From positions 1,500,001-1,532,000 of the forward strand of contig NC_000962.3 of the NCBI RefSeq assembly GCF_000195955.2: a stretch of 32,000 nt of DNA. Direction: 5' to 3'. A model generated the notes under the pieces. It was given only the letters and a program-made list of their open reading frames with translations, searched no databases and was not told the DNA's origin. The translations under genes were made by a program, and so were the position numbers. How positions within the stretch are numbered: position 1 is the stretch's first letter; every line of letters starts with the position of its first letter. This DNA is from Mycobacterium tuberculosis H37Rv. Its GTDB lineage: Bacteria; Actinomycetota; Actinomycetes; Mycobacteriales; Mycobacteriaceae. Positions 1 to 10,846 of this stretch are shown here, in pieces.

Positions 1-559
1 TATACGCCGCCCGGGCCGCTGCCACCGCGGCGCGTTCGTGGGTGCGCCGCGAGCCCATCTCGATCAGTGGGCGCCCCCCGGCGGCGCTGACCATGCGCGC
101 CGCTGCCGAGGCGATCGCTGTGTCGTGGTTGAAGATTGACAGCACCAGCGTTTCGAGCAGGACGCATTCGGCGAAGCTGCCGCGTACCGAGAGCACCGGT
201 GACCCGGGAAAATACAGCTCCCCCTCGGCATAGCCGTCGATATCGCCGCGGAACCGGAATTCGCGAAGATACCGCACCGTGGCCGGGTCGAGGAATTGGG
301 CCAGCAACTCGCACGCGTCAGCGTCGAACCTGAACTGCGGCAACGCTTCCAGCAACCGGCCGGTTCCGGCGACAACTCCGTAGCGACGGCCGGTGGGGAG
401 TCGGCGAGCGAACACCTCGAATGTGGTGGGGCGATTGGCGCTGCCGTCGCGCAGGGCAGCCGCCAGCATGGTCAACTCGTACTTGTCGGTCAACAGCCCG
501 GCTGGGTCTTGATTGTCGGGCTCTCCCTCTCGCCGCCTGGCGGCTGGGGGTGGCCCCAC
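1..559 (-). CDS. pncB1: Nicotinate phosphoribosyltransferase, N-terminal portion (gene continues beyond window start); Rv1330c-like
   Basis: Hand translation of the minus strand from GTG at 559-557 gives [64 protein letters not shown]... LLTDxYxLTM is the NaPRTase N-terminal signature. It is missing from the ORF track because the frame is open to the window edge. Confidence 0.85.
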
Positions 560-648
560 AGCGGTCCGACGCGGTCCGCAGCGTCGCCCGGTTGGGACCC
601 AGTCGTTCACACCGCCACGGTATCGGCTCGCGGCCACGGTGCGCTGGG

Positions 649-654
649 TATCCT
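649..654 (+). promoter_or_regulatory. Candidate -10 hexamer (TATCCT) for a leaderless clpS transcript
   Basis: The hexamer fits TANNNT and its last T lies 7 nt before the A of the clpS ATG at 661. No Shine-Dalgarno sequence lies between them. This is the geometry typical of mycobacterial leaderless mRNAs. Confidence 0.35.
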
Positions 655-660
655 GGGGCC

Positions 661-966
661 ATGGCTGTTGTGTCAGCGCCCGCCAAGCCAGGTACCACCT
701 GGCAGCGCGAGTCTGCTCCGGTCGACGTGACGGACAGGGCATGGGTCACCATCGTGTGGGACGACCCGGTCAACTTGATGAGCTACGTGACTTACGTGTT
801 TCAGAAGTTGTTCGGCTACAGCGAGCCGCATGCCACCAAGCTGATGTTGCAGGTGCACAACGAAGGTAAGGCGGTGGTGTCCGCGGGCAGCCGAGAGTCC
901 ATGGAAGTCGACGTGTCCAAGCTGCATGCCGCCGGTTTGTGGGCGACGATGCAGCAGGACCGGTGA
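661..966 (+). CDS. clpS: ATP-dependent Clp protease adaptor ClpS (101 aa)
   Basis: The ATG at 661 lies inside track ORF 421..966. The core [46 protein letters not shown] is the ClpS fold signature. The longer 5' extension is Arg/Pro-rich and looks like non-coding text. Confidence 0.93.
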
Positions 967-1582
967 GATTCGAGGATATTCGGGATCCATCGTGCGCAGG
1001 TGGAAGCGCGTCGAGACCCGCGATGGTCCCCGCTTTCGATCGTCGTTGGCTCCGCATGAGGCCGCCCTGCTCAAGAACCTGGCAGGCGCGATGATCGGGC
1101 TGCTCGACGATCGCGACTCTTCTTCGCCGTCAGACGAACTCGAGGAGATCACCGGCATCAAGACCGGGCATGCGCAGCGTCCGGGTGACCCGACCTTGCG
1201 TCGGCTGTTGCCGGATTTCTACCGTCCCGATGACCTGGATGACGATGATCCGACGGCCGTCGACGGCTCCGAGAGCTTCAACGCTGCCCTGCGCAGCCTG
1301 CACGAACCTGAGATTATCGACGCCAAACGTGTTGCCGCGCAGCAGTTATTAGACACGGTTCCGGACAATGGCGGCCGGTTGGAGCTGACGGAATCCGACG
1401 CCAATGCTTGGATCGCCGCCGTCAACGACCTTCGGCTGGCGCTCGGAGTGATGCTTGAGATCGGCCCGCGTGGGCCGGAGCGCCTGCCGGGGAACCACCC
1501 GTTGGCCGCGCACTTCAATGTCTACCAGTGGCTGACAGTCCTGCAGGAATACCTCGTGCTGGTGCTGATGGGGTCTCGATGA
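926..1582 (+). CDS. Conserved actinobacterial protein of the DUF2017 type (Rv1332-like), ClpS-linked
   Basis: This is track ORF 926..1582. It overlaps the clpS 3' end by 41 nt, and an in-frame GTG at 992 is an alternative start. It has acidic low-complexity stretches ([22 protein letters not shown]). I see no helix-turn-helix. Confidence 0.75.
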
Positions 1583-1598
1583 TCTGCGCGGCGGCCCG

Positions 1599-2633
1599 AT
1601 GAACTCCATCACCGACGTCGGGGGCATCCGGGTTGGCCACTACCAGAGACTGGACCCCGACGCGTCCCTCGGCGCCGGGTGGGCTTGTGGCGTCACGGTG
1701 GTGTTGCCGCCGCCCGGGACGGTCGGTGCGGTCGATTGCCGCGGCGGCGCCCCTGGAACCCGCGAGACTGATCTGCTGGACCCGGCCAACAGCGTGCGCT
1801 TCGTCGACGCCCTGTTGCTCGCCGGCGGCAGCGCCTACGGTCTGGCCGCCGCCGATGGCGTCATGCGCTGGCTAGAGGAACACCGGCGCGGCGTCGCGAT
1901 GGACAGCGGCGTGGTGCCCATCGTGCCGGGCGCGGTGATTTTCGACCTTCCGGTCGGCGGCTGGAATTGTCGGCCGACGGCCGATTTCGGCTATTCGGCC
2001 TGTGCGGCAGCCGGAGTCGACGTCGCGGTCGGGACGGTGGGCGTGGGGGTTGGGGCGCGCGCCGGAGCGCTCAAGGGCGGTGTCGGGACTGCATCGGCTA
2101 CCCTGCAGTCCGGTGTGACCGTCGGTGTCCTTGCTGTGGTAAATGCCGCTGGCAACGTCGTCGATCCAGCCACCGGCTTGCCGTGGATGGCCGACCTAGT
2201 CGGCGAGTTCGCGTTGAGGGCCCCGCCGGCCGAGCAGATTGCTGCGCTGGCGCAGTTATCGTCCCCGCTGGGAGCCTTCAACACCCCGTTCAATACGACG
2301 ATCGGTGTGATTGCGTGTGACGCCGCGCTGAGCCCTGCGGCTTGCCGGCGCATCGCGATTGCCGCCCACGACGGGTTGGCCCGCACCATCCGGCCGGCAC
2401 ACACCCCCTTGGATGGCGACACGGTTTTCGCGCTGGCCACCGGCGCGGTAGCGGTGCCGCCGGAGGCCGGCGTGCCGGCCGCATTGTCTCCGGAGACTCA
2501 GCTGGTCACCGCGGTCGGTGCGGCGGCGGCTGATTGCCTGGCTCGTGCGGTGCTGGCCGGCGTGCTCAATGCTCAGCCGGTAGCCGGAATACCGACCTAC
2601 CGTGACATGTTTCCCGGAGCATTCGGGTCCTGA
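1599..2633 (+). CDS. Peptidase family S58 (DmpA/BapA-type self-processing aminopeptidase) homologue, Rv1333-like
   Basis: The ORF is 344 aa. It has the N-terminal ITDVGGIRVGH block and the FNTTIGVIACDAAL block, which is the Thr/Ser nucleophile region of the DmpA family. It is Gly/Ala-rich with good third-position GC. Confidence 0.85.
   Translation: MNSITDVGGIRVGHYQRLDPDASLGAGWACGVTVVLPPPGTVGAVDCRGGAPGTRETDLLDPANSVRFVDALLLAGGSAYGLAAADGVMRWLEEHRRGVAMDSGVVPIVPGAVIFDLPVGGWNCRPTADFGYSACAAAGVDVAVGTVGVGVGARAGALKGGVGTASATLQSGVTVGVLAVVNAAGNVVDPATGLPWMADLVGEFALRAPPAEQIAALAQLSSPLGAFNTPFNTTIGVIACDAALSPAACRRIAIAAHDGLARTIRPAHTPLDGDTVFALATGAVAVPPEAGVPAALSPETQLVTAVGAAAADCLARAVLAGVLNAQPVAGIPTYRDMFPGAFGS
2586..2611 (+). 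promoter_or_regulatory. Candidate SigH/ECF-type promoter GGAATA-N17-GTT upstream of mec-cysO-cysM
   Basis: GGAATA lies at 2586-2591 and GTT at 2609-2611, inside the 3' end of the S58 peptidase gene and about 30 nt before the mec GTG. It matches the recalled SigH motif GGAAYA-N17ish-GTT. The mec/cysO/cysM genes are recalled as oxidative-stress (SigH) induced. Confidence 0.4.
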
Positions 2634-2640
2634 AACTTCG

Positions 2641-3081
2641 GTGTTGCTTAGGAAAGGAACCGTCTACGTGCTGGTGATTCGCGCAGACCTGGTGAATGCG
2701 ATGGTGGCCCATGCGCGTCGCGACCACCCCGACGAAGCCTGCGGAGTGCTGGCCGGACCCGAGGGCTCTGACCGTCCCGAGCGGCATATCCCGATGACCA
2801 ATGCCGAGCGCTCGCCGACCTTCTACCGGTTGGATTCCGGTGAGCAACTGAAGGTGTGGCGGGCTATGGAAGATGCCGACGAGGTCCCGGTCGTCATCTA
2901 TCACTCGCACACTGCGACCGAAGCGTACCCGAGCCGTACGGACGTGAAGCTTGCCACCGAACCCGACGCGCACTACGTGCTGGTGTCCACCCGCGACCCG
3001 CACCGGCACGAGCTACGCAGCTACCGCATCGTCGATGGCGCTGTCACCGAGGAACCTGTCAATGTCGTCGAGCAGTACTGA
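2641..3081 (+). CDS. mec: JAMM/MPN+ zinc metalloprotease Mec (CysO-cysteine hydrolase)
   Basis: The JAMM motifs are intact: DEACGVL (Glu) and IYHSHTATEAYPSRTD (HxH...S..D). A GTG at 2641 gives 146 aa. An in-frame GTG at 2668 is preceded by AGGAAAGGA at 2651-2659 and may be the real start (137 aa). Confidence 0.92.
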   Translation: MLLRKGTVYVLVIRADLVNAMVAHARRDHPDEACGVLAGPEGSDRPERHIPMTNAERSPTFYRLDSGEQLKVWRAMEDADEVPVVIYHSHTATEAYPSRTDVKLATEPDAHYVLVSTRDPHRHELRSYRIVDGAVTEEPVNVVEQY

Positions 3082-3102
3082 ACCGTTCCGAGAAAGGCCA
3101 GC

Positions 3103-3384
3103 ATGAACGTCACCGTATCCATTCCGACCATCCTGCGGCCCCACACCGGCGGCCAGAAGAGTGTCTCGGCCAGCGGCGATACCTTGGGTGCCGTCATCAG
3201 CGACCTGGAGGCCAACTATTCGGGCATTTCCGAGCGCCTGATGGACCCGTCTTCCCCAGGTAAGTTGCACCGCTTCGTGAACATCTACGTCAACGACGAG
3301 GACGTGCGGTTCTCCGGCGGCTTGGCCACCGCGATCGCTGACGGTGACTCGGTCACCATCCTCCCCGCCGTGGCCGGTGGGTGA
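3103..3384 (+). CDS. cysO: ThiS/MoaD-like ubiquitin-fold sulfur carrier protein CysO (93 aa, C-terminal GG)
   Basis: The protein ends ...ILPAVAGG directly before the stop. It is small with a beta-grasp-type sequence and sits between the JAMM protease and cysM. Confidence 0.93.
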   Translation: MNVTVSIPTILRPHTGGQKSVSASGDTLGAVISDLEANYSGISERLMDPSSPGKLHRFVNIYVNDEDVRFSGGLATAIADGDSVTILPAVAGG

Positions 3385-5074
<1,690 letters not shown>

Positions 5075-5078
<4 letters not shown>

Positions 5079-5890
5079 ATTCGCCGTTGGCGCCCGTCGG
5101 AGTCTTTGATTCCGGCGTCGGGGGACTGACGGTCGCGCGGGCCATCATCGACCAACTGCCCGACGAGGACATCGTCTACGTCGGCGACACCGGTAACGGC
5201 CCGTACGGTCCGCTGACCATCCCGGAGATCCGGGCGCACGCGCTGGCCATCGGCGACGATCTGGTCGGCCGAGGCGTCAAGGCGTTGGTGATCGCCTGCA
5301 ACTCGGCGTCGTCGGCGTGCCTGCGGGATGCTCGCGAGCGCTACCAGGTGCCCGTCGTCGAAGTGATACTGCCGGCGGTGCGGCGTGCGGTGGCCGCCAC
5401 CCGCAACGGCCGCATCGGGGTAATCGGCACGCGGGCGACCATCACTTCACACGCCTATCAGGACGCGTTCGCTGCGGCCCGCGACACCGAAATCACCGCG
5501 GTGGCTTGCCCTCGCTTCGTGGACTTCGTCGAGCGCGGCGTCACCAGCGGTCGTCAGGTGCTCGGTCTGGCGCAGGGCTACCTGGAACCGCTGCAGCGCG
5601 CCGAGGTCGACACGCTAGTGCTGGGCTGTACGCACTATCCACTGCTGTCCGGACTGATTCAACTGGCGATGGGCGAGAACGTCACGCTGGTCTCCAGCGC
5701 CGAGGAGACCGCTAAGGAAGTGGTCCGGGTGCTCACCGAGATCGACTTATTGCGTCCGCATGACGCGCCGCCGGCAACTCGGATATTTGAAGCTACGGGC
5801 GACCCCGAAGCGTTTACCAAATTGGCCGCACGATTCCTGGGTCCGGTGCTCGGTGGTGTGCAACCCGTTCACCCATCGCGCATTCATTAG
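5075..5890 (+). CDS. murI: Glutamate racemase
   Basis: The ORF is 271 aa. It has the [14 protein letters not shown]-terminus and the two catalytic Cys motifs, IACNSAS and LGCTHYP. Its start overlaps the rhomboid stop as ATGA. Confidence 0.96.
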
Positions 5891-5916
5891 GCCATGGAAG
5901 AGATTCTCGTCACCGA

Positions 5917-6738
5917 ATGCGTCGATGTATTCCGCATCGTTGTATCGGGCATGGCACAGTAGTGTCCGTGCGGATAACCGTGCTCGGATGCTCCGGTAGC
6001 GTCGTGGGGCCGGATTCGCCTGCGTCGGGGTATTTGCTCCGAGCGCCGCACACACCGCCGTTGGTTATCGACTTCGGCGGGGGTGTGCTCGGCGCGCTGC
6101 AACGGCACGCGGATCCCGCGTCGGTGCATGTGCTGCTGTCGCATCTGCATGCGGACCATTGTCTGGACTTGCCGGGACTTTTTGTGTGGCGGCGTTACCA
6201 CCCGTCGCGTCCCTCTGGCAAGGCATTGTTGTACGGCCCCAGCGACACCTGGTCGCGATTGGGGGCGGCGTCGTCCCCGTACGGTGGGGAGATTGACGAC
6301 TGTTCGGATATCTTCGATGTTCACCACTGGGCCGACAGTGAGCCAGTGACGTTGGGCGCCCTTACGATAGTGCCGCGGCTGGTTGCCCACCCGACTGAGT
6401 CGTTTGGCCTGCGGATCACCGATCCGAGCGGTGCGTCACTGGCTTATAGCGGCGACACCGGCATTTGTGACCAGCTCGTCGAGCTGGCTCGCGGCGTCGA
6501 CGTTTTCCTCTGCGAGGCCTCCTGGACACACTCGCCCAAACATCCACCCGATCTACACCTGTCGGGCACCGAAGCCGGTATGGTTGCCGCGCAAGCCGGC
6601 GTTCGTGAGCTGCTGCTGACGCATATCCCGCCGTGGACTTCGCGTGAGGACGTCATCAGCGAGGCCAAGGCCGAGTTCGACGGCCCGGTGCACGCGGTGG
6701 TATGCGACGAGACGTTCGAAGTCCGGCGAGCCGGCTAG
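5917..6738 (+). CDS. Metallo-beta-lactamase-fold hydrolase (Rv1339-like; recalled as a cyclic-nucleotide phosphodiesterase)
   Basis: The ORF is 273 aa with the HLHADHCLD (HxHxDH) zinc motif and an [10 protein letters not shown]-terminal strand. Internal GTG codons near residues 15-18 are possible alternative starts. Confidence 0.88.
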   Translation: MRRCIPHRCIGHGTVVSVRITVLGCSGSVVGPDSPASGYLLRAPHTPPLVIDFGGGVLGALQRHADPASVHVLLSHLHADHCLDLPGLFVWRRYHPSRPSGKALLYGPSDTWSRLGAASSPYGGEIDDCSDIFDVHHWADSEPVTLGALTIVPRLVAHPTESFGLRITDPSGASLAYSGDTGICDQLVELARGVDVFLCEASWTHSPKHPPDLHLSGTEAGMVAAQAGVRELLLTHIPPWTSREDVISEAKAEFDGPVHAVVCDETFEVRRAG

Positions 6739-6754
6739 GTCTAGGGTTGGCGTC

Positions 6755-7534
6755 GTGTCCAAGCGAGAAGACGGCCGGCTCGACCACGAGCTTCGCCCGG
6801 TGATCATCACCCGCGGTTTCACCGAAAACCCGGCGGGATCGGTGCTCATCGAATTCGGTCACACCAAGGTCCTGTGCACCGCCAGCGTCACCGAAGGGGT
6901 GCCCCGGTGGCGTAAAGCAACCGGTCTGGGGTGGCTCACCGCGGAGTACGCCATGCTGCCGTCGGCCACCCACAGCCGCTCTGATCGCGAGTCGGTGAGA
7001 GGCAGGCTTAGCGGGCGTACTCAGGAAATCAGTCGGCTCATCGGCCGGTCGCTGCGCGCATGCATCGACCTGGCGGCGCTGGGGGAGAACACGATCGCTA
7101 TCGATTGTGATGTGTTGCAGGCCGATGGTGGCACTCGAACCGCGGCCATCACCGGCGCCTACGTGGCATTGGCCGACGCAGTGACCTACTTGTCGGCGGC
7201 GGGTAAGTTGTCCGACCCCAGGCCATTGTCGTGTGCCATCGCCGCGGTCAGCGTCGGTGTTGTCGACGGCAGGATCCGGGTGGATCTGCCCTACGAGGAA
7301 GATTCGCGCGCCGAGGTCGACATGAACGTCGTCGCTACCGACACCGGAACCCTGGTAGAGATTCAGGGCACCGGCGAAGGCGCGACGTTCGCACGTTCGA
7401 CACTGGATAAGCTGCTGGACATGGCACTGGGCGCCTGCGACACGTTGTTTGCCGCACAACGCGACGCGTTGGCGCTGCCGTATCCGGGTGTGCTGCCGCA
7501 GGGACCGCCACCGCCGAAGGCGTTTGGCACCTGA
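6755..7534 (+). CDS. rphA: Ribonuclease PH (259 aa)
   Basis: The GTG at 6755 lies inside track ORF 6644..7534; the longer version would overlap the upstream gene. Supporting sequence is [19 protein letters not shown]..., the [19 protein letters not shown] phosphate-binding block and [18 protein letters not shown]. Confidence 0.95.
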   Translation: MSKREDGRLDHELRPVIITRGFTENPAGSVLIEFGHTKVLCTASVTEGVPRWRKATGLGWLTAEYAMLPSATHSRSDRESVRGRLSGRTQEISRLIGRSLRACIDLAALGENTIAIDCDVLQADGGTRTAAITGAYVALADAVTYLSAAGKLSDPRPLSCAIAAVSVGVVDGRIRVDLPYEEDSRAEVDMNVVATDTGTLVEIQGTGEGATFARSTLDKLLDMALGACDTLFAAQRDALALPYPGVLPQGPPPPKAFGT

Positions 7535-7572
7535 CCGCGCCGCGACGATGCAGAGCGGAGCGATGAGGAGGA

Positions 7573-8187
7573 GTGGCGCTTGTGACCAAGCTTCTGGTCG
7601 CCAGCCGCAACCGCAAAAAGCTGGCCGAACTGCGCCGGGTGTTGGACGGCGCCGGACTATCGGGTTTGACGCTGTTGTCGCTGGGCGATGTGTCGCCGCT
7701 GCCTGAAACACCAGAAACCGGTGTGACATTCGAGGACAACGCGCTGGCCAAGGCGCGCGACGCGTTCTCCGCGACCGGACTTGCCAGCGTTGCCGACGAC
7801 TCCGGTTTGGAGGTGGCCGCACTGGGCGGCATGCCTGGCGTGCTGTCGGCCCGGTGGTCCGGCAGGTATGGCGACGATGCCGCGAACACCGCGCTGTTGC
7901 TGGCGCAGTTGTGCGATGTGCCCGATGAGCGGCGCGGAGCAGCGTTCGTGTCGGCCTGCGCGTTGGTCTCGGGGTCCGGCGAAGTTGTCGTGCGCGGTGA
8001 ATGGCCCGGCACGATCGCCCGTGAGCCGCGCGGTGACGGCGGGTTCGGCTACGACCCGGTCTTCGTCCCGTACGGTGACGACCGCACAGCGGCCCAGCTG
8101 AGCCCGGCGGAAAAGGACGCGGTATCCCATCGCGGTCGCGCGTTGGCTCTGCTGCTGCCGGCGCTGCGCTCCCTGGCGACAGGCTAA
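7573..8187 (+). CDS. rdgB: Non-canonical purine NTP pyrophosphatase (RdgB/HAM1 family)
   Basis: The ORF is 204 aa from a GTG start preceded by GAGGAGGAG. Family blocks are LLVASRNRKKLAEL, FGYDPVF and the C-terminal SHRGRAL. Confidence 0.93.
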   Translation: MALVTKLLVASRNRKKLAELRRVLDGAGLSGLTLLSLGDVSPLPETPETGVTFEDNALAKARDAFSATGLASVADDSGLEVAALGGMPGVLSARWSGRYGDDAANTALLLAQLCDVPDERRGAAFVSACALVSGSGEVVVRGEWPGTIAREPRGDGGFGYDPVFVPYGDDRTAAQLSPAEKDAVSHRGRALALLLPALRSLATG

Positions 8188-8546
8188 AGCCCGAAGCGGG
8201 CCTTGATCTCTTTGGTCTGGAAGTGCTCGACGACGATGCCGAGCAGCGGAATTGTGCCGGCGAGCAGAACACCGGCTGTTTTGCCGAGCGGCCAGCGGAC
8301 CTTGACCGCCAGGTTCAACGTCAGAAGCAGATACGTGAAGTACACCCAGCCGTGCACCACACCGATCCACGTCGGCGGATTGTCAACCTTGACGACGTAG
8401 CGGACCACGATCTCGTAGCACAGTGCGATGAGCCAGAGGCCCGTCGTCCACGCCATGATCCGGTAGCCGAGCAAAGCGGTGCGAATCCTCTCGACGGCGA
8501 TGGCAGGCTCGGCGTGCTGCGCCGCGGGCGTTTCGGGTGCGGTCAT
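8184..8546 (-). CDS. Small integral membrane protein (DUF3817-like, Rv1342c-like)
   Basis: The ORF is 120 aa with about four hydrophobic helices (WTTGLWLIALCYEIVV, WIGVVHGWVYFTYLLLTL, LLAGTIPLLGIVV). Its ATG overlaps the lprD stop as ATGA. Confidence 0.8.
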   Translation of the reverse strand: MTAPETPAAQHAEPAIAVERIRTALLGYRIMAWTTGLWLIALCYEIVVRYVVKVDNPPTWIGVVHGWVYFTYLLLTLNLAVKVRWPLGKTAGVLLAGTIPLLGIVVEHFQTKEIKARFGL

Positions 8547-8923
8547 GCGGTGGTCCTGTTCTGCTTCCTGGCATCGTCCTTGGCTAGCTCGGCTAGGTAG
8601 GCGTTGTATTCCCGTAGTACGGGATCGTCGGGTGGCTGCTGCGCCGGCTTCGGCCGCTCGGGCAGCAATCCGGCAGGTATCTCGGCGGCGGCGCCGCCGG
8701 TGGGCGGTTGCGGGGGCGTCTCTTCATACCGAACGAAGTTGCGGTACGCGTAGACGCAGAACCAAGCAAACAATGGCCACTGCAACGCGTAACCCAGATT
8801 TTGAAAGGTGCCCGAGGTCGATTGAAACCTGGTCCACTGCCACCAACCCAGGGCCAGGCAACCACAGGTCGCGATGATCACCAACGCGATCAGCGCGGGT
8901 CTGCGACGGCGGGTAGTGGACAC
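8543..8923 (-). CDS. lprD: Membrane-anchored protein named LprD in M. tuberculosis (Rv1343c-like)
   Basis: The ORF is 126 aa from a GTG start. It begins with an RRRR plus hydrophobic N-terminus (ALIALVIIATCGCLALGWWQW). The putative lipobox (IATC/CGC) is not canonical, so lipoprotein status cannot be confirmed from sequence. Confidence 0.75.
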   Translation of the reverse strand: MSTTRRRRPALIALVIIATCGCLALGWWQWTRFQSTSGTFQNLGYALQWPLFAWFCVYAYRNFVRYEETPPQPPTGGAAAEIPAGLLPERPKPAQQPPDDPVLREYNAYLAELAKDDARKQNRTTA

Positions 8924-8989
8924 CCCACGACGTTACCGCGCACTGCTCTATTGGGCGCCCGGGCGCGATGTGGCGATATCCACTAAGTA

Positions 8990-9008
8990 CAAGGCTAGCC
9001 TTGCCTAA
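8990..9008. promoter_or_regulatory. Candidate IdeR iron box in the lprD / mbtL divergent region
   Basis: CAAGGCTAGCCTTGCCTAA matches the recalled IdeR consensus TTAGGTTAGGCTAACCTAA at 13/19 positions. Its first 14 nt (CAAGGCTAGCCTTG) form a perfect palindrome. Confidence 0.55.
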
Positions 9009-9033
9009 TACCCCAGGTGTAGCCTCCTTCGCC

Positions 9034-9288
9034 ATGACCTCATCGCCGTCCACCGTCAGCACTACGCTGCTGAGCATCCTGCGCGACGACCTCAACATTG
9101 ACCTGACTCGAGTCACGCCTGATGCCAGGTTGGTCGACGATGTGGGACTGGATTCGGTGGCCTTCGCGGTCGGTATGGTGGCCATCGAGGAGCGGCTCGG
9201 AGTCGCACTGTCCGAAGAGGAGCTCTTGACGTGCGACACGGTCGGAGAACTGGAGGCAGCGATCGCGGCCAAATACCGCGATGAGTGA
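9034..9288 (+). CDS. mbtL: Acyl carrier protein of the mbt-2 (mycobactin lipid tail) cluster
   Basis: The phosphopantetheine attachment motif is VGLDSVAF. From the ATG at 9034 the protein is 84 aa with Ser at residue 41, which is typical ACP geometry. The track ORF starts at 8968 (106 aa), but that extension contains the iron-box palindrome. Confidence 0.85.
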
Positions 9289-10846
9289 GCTCGCGGCCGT
9301 GCTCACGCGGTCCATGCAGGCCTCTGCCGGCGACTTGATGGTCCTCGACCGCGAGACCTCGCTGTGGTGTCGGCACCCGTGGCCCGAGGTACACGGGCTG
9401 GCCGAGAGCGTAGCGGCCTGGCTGCTAGACCATGACCGACCCGCCGCGGTGGGTCTGGTCGGCGAACCGACGGTCGAGTTGGTCGCCGCGATCCAGGGTG
9501 CCTGGCTTGCCGGCGCTGCCGTGTCGATCCTGCCCGGGCCGGTACGTGGCGCCAATGACCAGCGATGGGCGGACGCGACGTTGACCCGTTTCCTCGGGAT
9601 TGGGGTGCGCACCGTATTGAGCCAGGGTTCCTACCTTGCCCGCCTGCGATCGGTCGATACGGCCGGCGTAACGATCGGAGATCTCAGCACGGCGGCGCAC
9701 ACCAATCGTTCGGCCACACCGGTGGCGAGTGAAGGGCCCGCGGTCCTTCAAGGTACCGCGGGATCGACGGGCGCGCCCCGTACCGCCATCCTTTCGCCGG
9801 GCGCGGTGCTCAGCAACTTGCGTGGGCTCAATCAGCGCGTGGGCACCGATGCTGCGACCGACGTCGGTTGCTCATGGTTACCGCTGTACCACGACATGGG
9901 GCTCGCTTTCGTGCTCTCTGCTGCGCTGGCCGGTGCGCCGCTCTGGTTGGCCCCGACGACGGCGTTCACGGCGTCGCCGTTCCGTTGGTTGAGTTGGCTC
10001 TCGGACAGTGGTGCCACCATGACCGCGGCACCGAACTTCGCCTACAACCTCATCGGCAAATACGCCAGGCGGGTATCCGAGGTCGACCTGGGTGCCCTGC
10101 GAGTGACGCTCAACGGTGGAGAGCCGGTTGACTGCGATGGGCTGACGCGGTTCGCGGAGGCGATGGCACCGTTCGGATTCGATGCCGGCGCCGTGTTGCC
10201 CTCCTACGGGCTCGCCGAGTCGACGTGCGCGGTGACCGTGCCGGTCCCCGGAATTGGGTTGCTTGCCGACCGTGTCATCGACGGCAGCGGTGCGCATAAG
10301 CACGCGGTCCTGGGTAACCCCATCCCCGGTATGGAGGTACGGATCTCGTGCGGTGATCAGGCGGCAGGCAATGCGAGCCGTGAAATTGGCGAAATCGAGA
10401 TTCGCGGTGCGTCGATGATGGCGGGTTACCTGGGTCAGCAGCCGATCGACCCTGACGATTGGTTTGCCACCGGCGACCTCGGCTATCTTGGCGCTGGCGG
10501 CCTGGTGGTGTGTGGTCGCGCGAAGGAAGTCATCTCCATCGCGGGACGCAACATCTTTCCGACGGAGGTCGAGCTGGTGGCAGCGCAAGTTCGCGGAGTG
10601 CGCGAAGGCGCCGTGGTCGCCTTGGGCACCGGTGATCGCTCGACCCGCCCCGGTCTGGTGGTCGCGGCCGAGTTCCGCGGCCCAGACGAGGCGAACGCCC
10701 GCGCCGAACTGATCCAACGCGTTGCGTCCGAGTGCGGTATCGTCCCGTCCGACGTCGTCTTCGTGTCGCCTGGATCACTGCCCCGGACGTCGTCTGGAAA
10801 ACTGCGCCGCTTGGCAGTCCGGCGCTCCCTGGAGATGGCGGACTGA
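9281..10846 (+). CDS. mbtM: Fatty acyl-AMP ligase / acyl-ACP synthetase (FadD33)
   Basis: The ORF is 521 aa. The adenylate-forming motifs are [10 protein letters not shown] and YGLAES, with GDLG and a C-terminal SGKLRR. It overlaps the mbtL stop by 8 nt. Confidence 0.93.

Noticed and set aside
6656-8272. 538-aa minus-strand ORF spanning rph and rdgB
   Set aside because: It is extremely Arg/Pro/Thr/Ala-rich, low-complexity text (RRTRRHRAAHGRS...), antisense to two genes with textbook motifs. It is a typical long shadow ORF of a high-GC genome.
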